A model generated the notes under the pieces. It worked only from the letters and a program-made list of their open reading frames with translations, did not search any database and was not told where the DNA came from. This document shows, piece after piece, positions 37,635 through 47,265 of a DNA stretch of 64,000 bases (position 1 is the first letter of the stretch; the number at the start of each line of letters is the position of its first letter). The position numbers were made by a program, and so were the translations under genes. The stretch comes from a virus. Its lineage: Duplodnaviria; Caudoviricetes. The stretch is taken from positions 3,671 through 67,670 of the IMG/VR virus record IMGVR_UViG_3300025389_000022; one strand, written 5' to 3'.

Positions 37635-38012
37635 TTACGCAGCCTCCATTACTTCTTTGACATGAGAACAAGTGCGACGACACCCGAAACCAGTACAGTC
37701 ACAGGAAAGAGAGCCAGTACCAGACATGGAGACTGTATACTGCTTGCCGTTCTTTCCAGGGATACATACGTACTTTCGATCATCATCGACATTTCGTGCA
37801 GCGGCGACACGCCAGCCACAGACGATATTATCCTTGAATAGTATTCTAACATCTCCGTTATCCTCTCTTAGACAAAACCAACTATCATCCAGCCAAGGGA
37901 ACCTAGGAATAATATTCCCAGTGTAGTCACTATGAGGACTAATAATGCAAGAAGGAGAGTAGCGGTCGCGTATAGGGTAGAGTACATTTGCGATCCTCAC
38001 TTTCAGTCTCAT
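37635..38012 (-). CDS. SWIM zinc-finger protein
   Basis: Y.V........SCDC.GF..RR.CSH motif. Confidence 0.7.
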   Translation of the reverse strand: MRLKVRIANVLYPIRDRYSPSCIISPHSDYTGNIIPRFPWLDDSWFCLREDNGDVRILFKDNIVCGWRVAAARNVDDDRKYVCIPGKNGKQYTVSMSGTGSLSCDCTGFGCRRTCSHVKEVMEAA

Positions 38013-38203
38013 CTCTTATCTTCCCTCTCATATTCTCCACACCAGTCGTTGGAGTATGTGGCAGGAAACTCTGACTCTTCTGAGTTGACGCGCGTCGGTG
38101 GATAGCGCCGACAGGAGTTGGTGTCGTGCTCATCGAGACGCACCCACGAAGAGCGATCCCAATAGATACACGACTCACATGTCTTCTTTTTCTTCATGAC
38201 CAA
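38009..38203 (-). CDS. Small Cys-rich protein
   Basis: C..C.YW...CRRYPP...FP.T...DWCGE pattern. Confidence 0.65.
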   Translation of the reverse strand: MVMKKKKTCESCIYWDRSSWVRLDEHDTNSCRRYPPTRVNSEESEFPATYSNDWCGEYEREDKR

Positions 38204-38218
38204 CTATCCTCGACCAAC

Positions 38219-39064
38219 TTACTTGCAGCACGTAATACGCGCTATCCTTTCCCAGTTGGAGCCCTGACGGCGAAGAGCGCCGAGCTTGAGAGCCATGCGG
38301 AGCGACAGCTCGCGAAGAGACTCAGAGTTCTTGTCGATGAACGACATAACGTCGGAGCGCTCAGCGACAGAGAGATCATCGAGGAGACCCTGCTTGATCA
38401 CCTGCTTGATGCGGATGATGTAGTCGCGACGAGACTTCATGGCGAGGTCGATGTAGTGAGCGCGAGAGACCAACGCCTGCAGGTGCGGGGCCAGCTTGTG
38501 ACCCTTGTCGATCATGGCATCAAAGTCATAGTTGGAGATAAAGATGATCGTGCCCTTGAACTCAAAGGTACGTGGGACCAGCATGCCGGTCTCATCGTCG
38601 ACCAGCTTACCCTCTGACATCCACGACACGACGCGACGCTCAGTGGTGTCGCACACGGCTTTAAGAAGATTGAGCGATACATCGTCAAAGAAAATAGCAT
38701 CGGCATCATCAAACACGATGACCTTACCCTCGTCCTTGTACTGGTTAAGCAGCTTGACAAGGCCGGTAGCACGAACATATCCTTTGACGATCGTGTAGTT
38801 ATCGCCCGATGGATCCCAGGTCGACAGACGCTCTTCAACTGTGTACGACTTACCAAGACCAGCAGGACCAGAGACGATCAGGGCTCGTGAGTTACCACAT
38901 GTGCATGCCTCGGCAAGTACATCAAGGATCTCAAAGCGCTCAGAGAGGCGGGCCTCGATCTCAGCGTCAGTCTCATTCGTGAGGTGGTCGTACTTTACTT
39001 TGACGTCGACCAACTTGTCGTATGACTTAGTGGAAGACTTGCGCTCATATACACCACGTGGCAT
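38219..39064 (-). CDS. AAA+-type ATPase
   Basis: Walker A GPAGLGKS, Walker B VIVFDDAD, sensor IIFISN. Confidence 0.85.
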   Translation of the reverse strand: MPRGVYERKSSTKSYDKLVDVKVKYDHLTNETDAEIEARLSERFEILDVLAEACTCGNSRALIVSGPAGLGKSYTVEERLSTWDPSGDNYTIVKGYVRATGLVKLLNQYKDEGKVIVFDDADAIFFDDVSLNLLKAVCDTTERRVVSWMSEGKLVDDETGMLVPRTFEFKGTIIFISNYDFDAMIDKGHKLAPHLQALVSRAHYIDLAMKSRRDYIIRIKQVIKQGLLDDLSVAERSDVMSFIDKNSESLRELSLRMALKLGALRRQGSNWERIARITCCK

Positions 39065-39167
39065 GATTGACTCCTCGTTAGCTTATATTCTTATATTACC
39101 ATATCTAGACCAGATGTACATAAAATAATGATTGTAAACTTAAAATATTTTTGTTTATGTAAACAGA

Positions 39168-39356
39168 TCATTCGCCATCGACGTTTACAATCCTCACGTC
39201 CTTGTCGTACACTTGAGTTGGATAGAGCCAGTCTAAGAAGTTGTACGCCTCGTCGTAGCTCTCAAACGTGTACGGCTCATCGTGAGAGGGAGAGACATCT
39301 CTCCACTCCCATCGACCATCTGAGCCCTCGCGACCAACCTGCAGTTTGTACGTCAT
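39168..39356 (-). CDS. Hypothetical early protein
   Basis: Coupled ORF in the leftward early operon. Confidence 0.55.
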   Translation of the reverse strand: MTYKLQVGREGSDGRWEWRDVSPSHDEPYTFESYDEAYNFLDWLYPTQVYDKDVRIVNVDGE

Positions 39357-39571
39357 GGGATCATATTAATAAGAGCGCCGTTGAGCATCGCACGCACGGC
39401 CTGGTTAGGAAATCTCTTCTTAAGCTGGTCAAGAGCATGTTGAACATTATAACCAATATTCGCGACTCTCCCCATCGTCGTCCAGTTCTTAGACGCGACC
39501 TGTTGGAGCTGGATGTCTACGCTCTCCATATTATTCCTCCTCTTCCTCTTCTTCTTTCTTCTCCACACCAT
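39353..39571 (-). CDS. Hypothetical early protein (likely start about 39529)
   Basis: GGAGG RBS precedes MESVDIQL. Confidence 0.5.
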   Translation of the reverse strand: MVWRRKKKRKRRNNMESVDIQLQQVASKNWTTMGRVANIGYNVQHALDQLKKRFPNQAVRAMLNGALINMIP

Positions 39572-39872
39572 AGTACTTATCTATAGCGTCCTCCACGCGT
39601 GAGCCGTCGCGAGTGTAGAAGACGTAGTCGCCGCATTCGACGCGAAACTCAGAGTCCACGTACTCAAATCCCCCGTAGTACTGGAGGGAGCGATCGTGGC
39701 TCTTGTGTATGACCACGCACTCCTCGTCCACCCAGAGCCTGTAGCCGGCGCGTATGTCGAGCCCCAGCTTCTTCGCGTCGGTCTCGTCCATGTTCCTCAC
39801 TCGACGATGAGCCAGCTCAGCGACCTCGTCGAGGAAGCTAAGCGTGGGTATCTCCCAGATTAAATGTTCCAT
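39531..39872 (-). CDS. Hypothetical early protein with acidic tail
   Basis: First gene after the promoter at 39934, with GGAG RBS. Confidence 0.6.
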   Translation of the reverse strand: MEHLIWEIPTLSFLDEVAELAHRRVRNMDETDAKKLGLDIRAGYRLWVDEECVVIHKSHDRSLQYYGGFEYVDSEFRVECGDYVFYTRDGSRVEDAIDKYYGVEKKEEEEEEE

Positions 39873-40055
39873 GTTCGTCTCCGCGTTGTCTCCACGTTAT
39901 ATTCTTATATTATATTAAAGAGAGAAATTGTACACAGAATAATGATTGTCGACTACATTTATTTTTGTTTATGTAAACAGAATTTTTTTGATAAAAATGT
40001 AAGTTTACATACTCTTACCTATGTACATTATCTCAGAATATGATATATTAAGAAT

Positions 40056-40355
40056 ATGATCAACGCTAAGGAGTCAGACATGACAGACCTCAATAAGCTC
40101 GCCTCGCTCATCTCCACCATCGACTCAATAGACGACCTAAGAAAGGTCAACGAGTGGGTGAGGGCGAAGGCATCTCACCTCCAGCGCGTCTCAGCCCACT
40201 CATTCTACAAGGGTATGAGAGTATCATTTAAGTCTAATAAGACAGGCTGTATAATCACTGGTAGAGTTAATAGAGTTAATCAAAAGACTCTATCCATCAT
40301 AGCCGAAGACGGTACGAGCTGGAAAGTCTCAGCGTCTCTAGTAAAGTCTATATAA
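40056..40355 (+). CDS. Hypothetical early protein, SH3-like C-terminus (likely start 40080)
   Basis: F.KGMRV.F......G.V.RVNQKT.S......WKVS pattern. Confidence 0.6.
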   Translation: MINAKESDMTDLNKLASLISTIDSIDDLRKVNEWVRAKASHLQRVSAHSFYKGMRVSFKSNKTGCIITGRVNRVNQKTLSIIAEDGTSWKVSASLVKSI

Positions 40356-40372
40356 TAAGAGGATATTATAAT

Positions 40373-40690
40373 ATGACTATATCTCTAGATCTATCTTATA
40401 CTAAGATTAACTCAGGATGTGGTACGTCTCTACAGGGATACATCAAGACCACGTACGCCGACCTCGTACACCTACTAGGTAAACCATCCTATAGGGGAGA
40501 GGGAGAGAAGATAACGTGTGAGTGGATTATTAAGTTTAATAATGGTCCACTAGTAACTATATACGACTATAAGACTGGTAAAACTCCTAAAGATCTATAT
40601 GAATGGCACGTGGGAGGGAACTCTAAGAACGCTCTATTCTATATTAATGAACTCGTTAAGAAGAACGACGTCTACGCTATCGTGAGCTAG
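40373..40690 (+). CDS. Conserved hypothetical phage protein
   Basis: GTSLQGYI..TY..LV..LG.P....K...EW....TIYDYK...WHVGG pattern. Confidence 0.65.
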   Translation: MTISLDLSYTKINSGCGTSLQGYIKTTYADLVHLLGKPSYRGEGEKITCEWIIKFNNGPLVTIYDYKTGKTPKDLYEWHVGGNSKNALFYINELVKKNDVYAIVS

Positions 40691-41127
40691 TCTACGTTGC
40701 TCCATATAATCCCCATACTAGGGGGATAGAGTATGACTAATGTACATATTTTCTGTGTGGATTAAAAACATCACTCTGGAAACACGTGCATCACTGTGAA
40801 CCACCGTTTACATTCTGAAAACAAAGTGTGGTTGACATTCATGTTTACAGTTGACATCTCTGGGCTCTATGGTATAATCTAATTATGATAAGGAATCGCA
40901 CGATGGTACGCAGGGCGCTCACTGACTTCTTCGCTACGGCCACTCTGACTTGGCCCTATCCACTCTGTAAGTACATGCTCTATCTCCAGGGCTGGCTTGG
41001 GTTGACATACGATAATATAGACTAGTATACAATAAACAAAGTGCTCTGTCAACTACAAATAATGGTTGACAATATCTGAGAACTTGGTATAATAGTCTAT
41101 ACGAACGACACAATAGGAGCTTGATTC

Positions 41128-41379
41128 ATGGCTAGATCATCAGCCTACAGGTTTACAGTCACCTCTCTAGAGGATCCTAGACTGGCTGAGCTGAGAGAGT
41201 TTGTCTCGTATACAAACACCATTAGAGAGCCAGGTACCGAGAGACGCAGAGTCTCTATTAGGCCGAGACTGGGCAAGAAGAACCCATACGCGTTCATGTA
41301 TCGCGGCATGTACCAGAGATCAATTAAGCGTAGCCATGCAAAGCACTTTGATATTTACGTCCACTGGGACGCGCGATGA
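41128..41379 (+). CDS. Hypothetical early protein
   Basis: AGGAG RBS and its own promoter at 41066. Confidence 0.6.
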   Translation: MARSSAYRFTVTSLEDPRLAELREFVSYTNTIREPGTERRRVSIRPRLGKKNPYAFMYRGMYQRSIKRSHAKHFDIYVHWDAR

Positions 41380-41419
41380 GTATACATACGCCTACTGCAC
41401 TATAAGCTAGGAGACTATC

Positions 41420-41659
41420 ATGCCGTACTACAGATTCGAGGAAGCGTGCCGGACGTTGACAGAGTGTGTCGATGCCATAGATATAGAGGTAGATGCCGGC
41501 TTGTCTTATGATGAGTTCGTCGCCGGCCTGTCGAGCGACCATGATAGGGATTCGTTCGAGCAGCTGGTGATCGCATGCGAGAACTTTATCGAGGTGATTG
41601 AGTGGCTCAAGATACCGGTAGAGGACGTCGACGAGGACGGAGTATACATACGTATGTAA
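41420..41659 (+). CDS. Hypothetical acidic early protein
   Basis: AGGAG RBS. Confidence 0.6.
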   Translation: MPYYRFEEACRTLTECVDAIDIEVDAGLSYDEFVAGLSSDHDRDSFEQLVIACENFIEVIEWLKIPVEDVDEDGVYIRM

Positions 41660-41747
41660 ACAGAATTATTTTCAGTTTACAATCACTTTCCCTATTGACA
41701 TATTCTTAGAGTATGGTATATTGAGACTATAAGCTAAGGAGAACGAC

Positions 41748-41918
41748 ATGAATGCTCGGTTTGTAAACAAGTCCGTACCATCATCCATGGCCCAGGCTAT
41801 AGCTGCATGCACGGTGCCGGTCACGGTTGTCAACAAGGGCTCTAACAGGCGCCACCAGACCGGCTTCTCCAACACCCAGATCTTCAAGGGTACGTACCGC
41901 GTGCCGGTAAAGTTCTGA
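41748..41918 (+). CDS. Hypothetical 56-aa early protein
   Basis: Manual translation MNARFVNKSV...YRVPVKF. AAGGAG RBS after the promoter at 41695. Confidence 0.55.
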   Translation: MNARFVNKSVPSSMAQAIAACTVPVTVVNKGSNRRHQTGFSNTQIFKGTYRVPVKF

Positions 41919-42100
41919 AAATAAGTGATTGTCGACTACACTTTTGTGGTTGACATGTTCTAAGAATATGGTAATATAAGAATATAACATGGAGACAAGA
42001 TCATGAATACGCAAGAGCTTCAGAACGTCATCGGCCTCTCGATCGTTACGGTCGGCCTGCTGGTATTCGTCGTTATGGTTCAGGTGCTCGAGGTGATCCA

Positions 42101-42286
42101 ATGAAGGTAGGCACGTATAAGCTGCTCATAGAGTACTACGACCACCAGTCCAACCACCCGCTCAAGGTCGCGTTCTCAGGGATCAGCCGGTCGGCGGTCC
42201 AGCGCTACATGGCCTATTACAGGAGAAAGTACGTGGTCAAGAGCTGGATGATGCTCGACCGTCCCGATGGACTTGTATCGTTCTGA
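42101..42286 (+). CDS. Hypothetical early protein
   Basis: Coupled to an upstream 33-aa hydrophobic ORF (42003-42104). Confidence 0.5.
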   Translation: MKVGTYKLLIEYYDHQSNHPLKVAFSGISRSAVQRYMAYYRRKYVVKSWMMLDRPDGLVSF

Positions 42287-42388
42287 TACAGTTTATGTAA
42301 ACAGAAAAAAGTGTATGTAAACTGCACTTTGTGGGTTGACAAGTTCCGAGAATATGGTACTATGAGAATATAACATGGAGACAGTGAT

Positions 42389-42886
42389 ATGACAACGTTT
42401 ACTAAGCACGCATACGCCCTCAAGGTACTCGGCGACAACAGCGCGATCACCGAGGCAGACTTCATCGAGCAGATGCTCACGGGCGCCTGCTTCCTCAAGT
42501 CCAGCCCGTTCACGCCGGATCAGGCCAAGGCATACTTTCGCGGCTGCTCCAAGGAGCTCGGTCTCGTCGTAGCCAAGGCGGTTCGCATGAAGCAGCCCAA
42601 GAAGGCAGGCAAGGTCAAGGTCACGCCTCAGAAGTTCCCTAAGGTGCTCATGACCGATAAGCCTAAGGTGACTGACAAGACAGTCGAGGAGCTCGCAGAC
42701 ATCAAGGCTAAGAACCTTGCTCGTCTGAAGGCCGTTGGCGCCAAGTACCAGAAAGGCCAGGTCGCTGCGGTACGGTACTCAGACGAGCCCTTTGATGAGA
42801 GCGCAGTCCCGAACCTGCTGAACGAACTCGACTCGTTCAAGGCCCCAGCGTTTCTCTCGAAGGACGACGTGAAGGCGCTCGTCTAA
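42389..42886 (+). CDS. Hypothetical early protein (Lys/Ala-rich)
   Basis: First gene after the promoter at 42336. GC3-rich, host-like codons. Confidence 0.7.
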   Translation: MTTFTKHAYALKVLGDNSAITEADFIEQMLTGACFLKSSPFTPDQAKAYFRGCSKELGLVVAKAVRMKQPKKAGKVKVTPQKFPKVLMTDKPKVTDKTVEELADIKAKNLARLKAVGAKYQKGQVAAVRYSDEPFDESAVPNLLNELDSFKAPAFLSKDDVKALV

Positions 42887-43066
42887 CAGGCTCTGCAGTG
42901 CGACTGTAAACGGTGTAGGCATCGGGTCTCGGCTCGGTGCCTATATTACATATTTCTAGTGTAAATTGTTTACAATTAACAAAATAAAAGTGTAGTTTAC
43001 AATCACTTTCCTATGTACATTCTGGCCGGATATGGTATTATAAGAATATAAGCTGAGGAGAGTCGG

Positions 43067-43246
43067 ATGGATCGCAAGGTTATACAGATCGCCTATATCG
43101 AGGACGCGGTGGAGCGCATGTCGGTCGAGGAGCTGGTGTGGTTCGCTAAGATGCGCATGAAGGAGGACCTAGACCTGCTGGACGACGAGGAGCTGATCGC
43201 TGAGGTCCGCGATCTGGCGCCTGAGCTTCTGGAGGAGTCGAAATGA
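43067..43246 (+). CDS. Hypothetical acidic 59-aa early protein
   Basis: Manual translation MDRKVIQIAYIEDAVERMSVEELVW. GAGGAG RBS after the promoter at 43014. Confidence 0.6.
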   Translation: MDRKVIQIAYIEDAVERMSVEELVWFAKMRMKEDLDLLDDEELIAEVRDLAPELLEESK

Positions 43247-43378
43247 ATAGCGTGCACCAGGTGATCTTCTCCGGCTCGTTCCGGTACGTGGCCAGGCGCC
43301 TCGATGAGATGTCGGACCTCGGCTACAGAGTGGTCAAGTCTAAGAAGTGGTCCGACGACAAGTGGACGTACGTGATGA

Positions 43379-43894
43379 CTAAAGATATTCGAAGGTGAAC
43401 GGACACTTGAATGTTGGTCTAGCGTCTGGTTTGACTTTAGTGCATATAGTTCGTCTGGTAATACCGAGAGCATTAGCGCATTCATTAACGCTATCGTATA
43501 CTATTCCGGTCTGTATGCATCTTACCTTCTGTCTGCGATGACCACTGGCTAACTGAGCAGCCGACATACTAAGACGTGCTTCTTCTGTTACTGGTGGTCT
43601 GTTGTGCCAGTTCTCTCGTAGCTTATCGGACATCTTCTTCCTGGCCTCTTCTATATGTCGCCAGCCGGTTCTACGTCTATTGGATTCTCTTATGGTCTCT
43701 GACATGATCTCGTCCATACCTACTAACCCTGATATGCATTTAAATGCGATGAGATCATAGTGATTGCCATGCTTCTCGTATAGCTCTTTATGAGCTTCTG
43801 CGTGTTCTTCTATGGTGAGTTTGATAAGATTAGATGGGTCGTCAGTGCCGCCCATGTGCTTGGGGATGATGTGGTGGATATGATAAGTAGTCAT
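43379..43894 (-). CDS. Free-standing HNH homing endonuclease with NUMOD3/NUMOD1-type DNA-binding repeats
   Basis: HHIIPKHMGGTDD.SNL..LT.EEH..AH, H.EE.RKKMS and C..TG.VYDS..E.A..LG motifs. Confidence 0.9.
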   Translation of the reverse strand: MTTYHIHHIIPKHMGGTDDPSNLIKLTIEEHAEAHKELYEKHGNHYDLIAFKCISGLVGMDEIMSETIRESNRRRTGWRHIEEARKKMSDKLRENWHNRPPVTEEARLSMSAAQLASGHRRQKVRCIQTGIVYDSVNECANALGITRRTICTKVKPDARPTFKCPFTFEYL

Positions 43895-43998
43895 GCTGAT
43901 GCCTCTGTGTTAGGTGTTAGAGCCCATGGATGTTAGCGCATCGCGATGGGTATTATATTTATTCAACTAATATACGTGATGGAGAAGGAGATCAAGCG

Positions 43999-44175
43999 AT
44001 GAGCCGCATCCCTAGGGAGTACACGAACAAGATCGCCGAGATGGTCGACAATCACGTCCTCGACAAGGGCCGTCTCATAGAGGACCTGCTCTGCTGGATG
44101 TCTGAGGACGACGTCAAGGACTTCTACATGGCGAACATAGCTCCGGAGTTCGACGATGAAGAAGAAGAGGAATAG
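43999..44175 (+). CDS. Hypothetical acidic protein
   Basis: AAGGAG RBS precedes MSRIPREY. Confidence 0.6.
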   Translation: MSRIPREYTNKIAEMVDNHVLDKGRLIEDLLCWMSEDDVKDFYMANIAPEFDDEEEEE

Positions 44176-44366
44176 GCCGGTAAACGTATACGCCATGGCC
44201 CTGTCTGAGAATGTATACAGACAGAGGGTAGTGCAGTCGAGGCGCGTATACAATCGCAAGAGACTGTCTAAAATATAGTCATCGGTAACCCCTGTTTACA
44301 TTCACTTTTTTGTGTACTTTATCTCCACTTATGGTATTATAAGAATATAGGCTGACGTGAGACACC

Positions 44367-44585
44367 ATGGAGACTGTGATGAAAGTTTATACCCTTTCCC
44401 ACTGCACCTCATACGAAGGCGATAACTTACTTGGTATCTACCAGTATCTCTCTCAGGCACAAGAAGCCGAGTATGCATTCAAACTCAACGAAGAAATGTT
44501 TGATGCTTGGACTGAGATACGTGAAGTAACTATGGGTGCTGCTCCTAAGCTCGATTTTGGTGGACTCGGTGAGGAGGTAAAGTAA
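44367..44585 (+). CDS. Hypothetical early protein
   Basis: First gene after the promoter at 44313. Confidence 0.55.
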   Translation: METVMKVYTLSHCTSYEGDNLLGIYQYLSQAQEAEYAFKLNEEMFDAWTEIREVTMGAAPKLDFGGLGEEVK

Positions 44586-45058
44586 TGGCATATCTCAACG
44601 CGCTCGACGCCGACTCCGGATGGGTCGTCGTATATATAACCCTAGACAAGGTGAACTGGGCCGGCCCGTCCAGCTCAATATGGATCGTTCCGGGTACGAT
44701 CGACGAAACCGCGAGGTGGTAACATGACACTTATGGAAGAGTTCGCTAAGTACGACTGCCGTCTCATAAAGGACGAGGAGTCACTGGTCTGGCTCGGCAT
44801 GGCTCTCTGGGAGGAATGATCATGGCTGAGACCGTACTGGGGCTGCTCCTCGTGCCCGTCATATTCGCGGCCGCTGTCGCAATCGATCGCTACTTTGGAG
44901 ACTGGTGATGCCTGAGTTCTTTTCTAGAGACGCTGACTCGAGACTCCATGAGATCGCGTCCGTGCTGTATGGCAGACTCGAGGATCTCAGAGAGGGCATG
45001 GACGTCCGGTCTGAGTTCAAGTTCCTGTGCGAGCTCCTAGACAGGATGGAGAGGTGAT

Positions 45059-45241
45059 GTGTCTAAGATAGTAAAGATGATCGATCCTCCTGGTGGATGG
45101 AGATATGGTTTTCCTAAAATCATACCAGAAGGCGTCGACGTCATAAAGTGGCTGGTAGAACAGGGTTATCCACAGGCCGAGATCGACAGCTGTGGCGATC
45201 ATTTCTACTGTAGGTACTGGCAGGAGGAGATAGACGAATGA
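45059..45241 (+). CDS. Conserved small phage protein
   Basis: MIDPP.GWRYGFPK.......WL...GYP pattern. Confidence 0.6.
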   Translation: MSKIVKMIDPPGGWRYGFPKIIPEGVDVIKWLVEQGYPQAEIDSCGDHFYCRYWQEEIDE

Positions 45242-45594
45242 GTGACTATACAGACCTTGTGAAGCGATTGCGTCGTGATGGCGTTGCTGCCCGAGACACA
45301 TTGAAATGTGTGGAAATGGCGCCTACGGTTGACCCAGAAGATGCGCTTGAAGCCGCTGATGCTATTGAGGCGCAAGCAAAACGAATTGAGGAACTAGAGG
45401 CTGATCTCATAGAAAAGATTAACGTTGATAGGATCGTCTTGGAAGAACTAAAAGAGTCCTATCGTGAGACGATCCGGGTCGATGATGATGAGGCATTACT
45501 AATTGCCCTCAATGCGGTGATCTCATATTATTCTACTCATGAAGAGTACCAGGAGTGGATAGTAGAGAAGAATAAATTGAGGGAAAAGAAATGA
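45238..45594 (+). CDS. Coiled-coil hypothetical protein, paralog 1
   Basis: MSDYTDLVKRLR...EAADAIE...RIEELEA. Confidence 0.65.
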   Translation: MSDYTDLVKRLRRDGVAARDTLKCVEMAPTVDPEDALEAADAIEAQAKRIEELEADLIEKINVDRIVLEELKESYRETIRVDDDEALLIALNAVISYYSTHEEYQEWIVEKNKLREKK

Positions 45595-45938
45595 CTGACT
45601 ATTCAGACCTTATGACACGATTGAGAGAACATGCCGAAAATATGTATGTAGATTTCCTCAATGAAGCCGCCGATGCTATTGAGCTTTTACAGCGCGAACT
45701 AAAATGCGCGAATGAACTATGGGAGCAGCAAAAGGAACTGGCATTGGAATATTTGGCTGACATAGAGAAGGCTAATGAGCGGATTGCTGAACTAGAGGCA
45801 GCGTTAAAGCCGTTCGCGCTAGGAGAGACAGCAATAGAAGCCGGACATAATGCTGCATCAGACGACTATCCTTTGATGCAAGTTGTATCATGTGGCGACC
45901 TACGCCAAGCTCGTAAGGTATTAGGAGAGAAGGAATGA
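45591..45938 (+). CDS. Coiled-coil hypothetical protein, paralog 2
   Basis: MTDYSDLMTRLR...EAADAIE...RIAELEAALKPFA...GDLRQA. Confidence 0.65.
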   Translation: MTDYSDLMTRLREHAENMYVDFLNEAADAIELLQRELKCANELWEQQKELALEYLADIEKANERIAELEAALKPFALGETAIEAGHNAASDDYPLMQVVSCGDLRQARKVLGEKE

Positions 45939-46339
45939 CTGACTATTCAAATCTTGTAAAGCGTCAGCGAGAAATATCAGAAGCCTCATACAAAATGCGT
46001 GATAATATTTACCGTCCAGTAAATGAGACTGCCGACGCATTAGAGGCGAAGGACGCGGAAATAGATTATTGGAAAAACCGCACCCGCGAAGCACTCGAAA
46101 CAATAAATCACATCGAACGCATTGCACAAAAACAATCTGATGAACTGAATGTGCTTCGTGGTAGCATAGCGAATTACCAGGTTGGAGTGCATGAAGCTCG
46201 CATCGCTGAACTAGAGGCAGCACTACGACCGTTTGCTGATGCCAGTGATCTCCACCTTGGTAGCGATGATATGTCTATAGCGTTTCGTATAATCATCGGA
46301 AACCTACGTCAAGCTAAGAGCGTATTGGATAACAAATGA
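45935..46339 (+). CDS. Coiled-coil hypothetical protein, paralog 3
   Basis: MTDYSNLVKRQR...ETADALE...RIAELEAALRPFA...GNLRQA. Confidence 0.65.
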   Translation: MTDYSNLVKRQREISEASYKMRDNIYRPVNETADALEAKDAEIDYWKNRTREALETINHIERIAQKQSDELNVLRGSIANYQVGVHEARIAELEAALRPFADASDLHLGSDDMSIAFRIIIGNLRQAKSVLDNK

Positions 46340-46542
46340 CAGACTTCAGAGAATTAACAGACGAGCAGGTGCTGGAGGAGGCCCATCGCCTGGCGCGGTC
46401 CGTCTCGTACTACAACGCTGCAGAGGGCAACTGGGACAGGGAGCGTCGAGAGCGCGAGGCTTGCTACGTCCAGTATCGCGCGGTGATGAGAGAGATGAGT
46501 GCTCGTGGACTTGAGTTTGTCAACAAGGGGTACCTACTATGA
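46336..46542 (+). CDS. Hypothetical protein
   Basis: ATGA-coupled ORF. Confidence 0.55.
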   Translation: MTDFRELTDEQVLEEAHRLARSVSYYNAAEGNWDRERREREACYVQYRAVMREMSARGLEFVNKGYLL

Positions 46543-46922
46543 AGTTTCAGTTAAGAGACCGTGTCATCATGGTCGTGACAGAGACAAAGTATAGAGGAGA
46601 GATCGGCACGGTCGTAGATCTAGACTGCGTCGGAAACCACGTGGTCAACCTCGTGGTCCAGTTCGACTGCAACAAGATCGGTCATCACGTTAGGTTTCCT
46701 TCTCACTACTTCGAGCTCTACTTTCGAAAAGAAGTGCATGATCCCGAACCAGTCAAAGACTATGAGAGCATGAACTTTGTTCTTCAAGAGAAGATACAGA
46801 GACTCAACGAGTATATCGCGAAGCTCGAGGACGACGGGTTCAAGTATCGAAGAGCTCTTGTTGAGATACAAATGAAGGCGCAGGAAACTCTAAGACCGAT
46901 ACCGTTTCAGGAGGATGAATAA
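46539..46922 (+). CDS. Hypothetical protein (SH3-like N-terminus plus coiled coil)
   Basis: KFQL.DRV.......Y.GEIGTVV pattern. Confidence 0.55.
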   Translation: MKFQLRDRVIMVVTETKYRGEIGTVVDLDCVGNHVVNLVVQFDCNKIGHHVRFPSHYFELYFRKEVHDPEPVKDYESMNFVLQEKIQRLNEYIAKLEDDGFKYRRALVEIQMKAQETLRPIPFQEDE

Positions 46923-46971
46923 TGTTACTAAATCGCAAGACAGAGATCTATTGGCTGTGGAACCCTAGATT

Positions 46972-47265
46972 ATGGGAGATCGGCTCTACGCCGAGGTTCA
47001 ACTCGGGCGATCCATATGTCTCGTATCACTTCGGGCCGATATGGATAAGGAGGTGGGGATGGAAGACGAACTACTGAGACTCAAAGAGTTCAGAGATCTG
47101 GTATACTTCATAGCGAACGACTACCACGAGCTCTCGTACGAGAAGGCCGTCTGGCAGCGAGACGACTGGAAGAGGCGCTGTAATAAGTTAATAGAGGAAT
47201 TAGAGTCAGACGATGATAGTGATTCGGTTCCCGGGCATCCACACATAGAGGGTGATAATGACTAG
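46972..47265 (+). CDS. Hypothetical protein (likely start about 47059)
   Basis: AGGAGG RBS before MEDELLRL. Confidence 0.5.
   Translation: MGDRLYAEVQLGRSICLVSLRADMDKEVGMEDELLRLKEFRDLVYFIANDYHELSYEKAVWQRDDWKRRCNKLIEELESDDDSDSVPGHPHIEGDND

Larger units (their letters stand above)
39092..44330. promoter_or_regulatory. Array of repeated early promoters, divergent about 39.95 kb
   Basis: -35 T(G/T)(T/G)AC(A/T) at 39115(-), 39929(-), 40022, 40851, 41066, 41695, 41950, 42336, 43014 and 44313. Each is followed by a TGGTA-type extended -10, and most by AGAATATA before the RBS. Confidence 0.8.

Noticed and set aside
39000-44400. CRISPR array or replication-origin iterons in the repeated intergenic motifs
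   Set aside because: The repeats are degenerate, separated by whole ORFs, and each contains -35/-10/RBS, so they are promoter cassettes.
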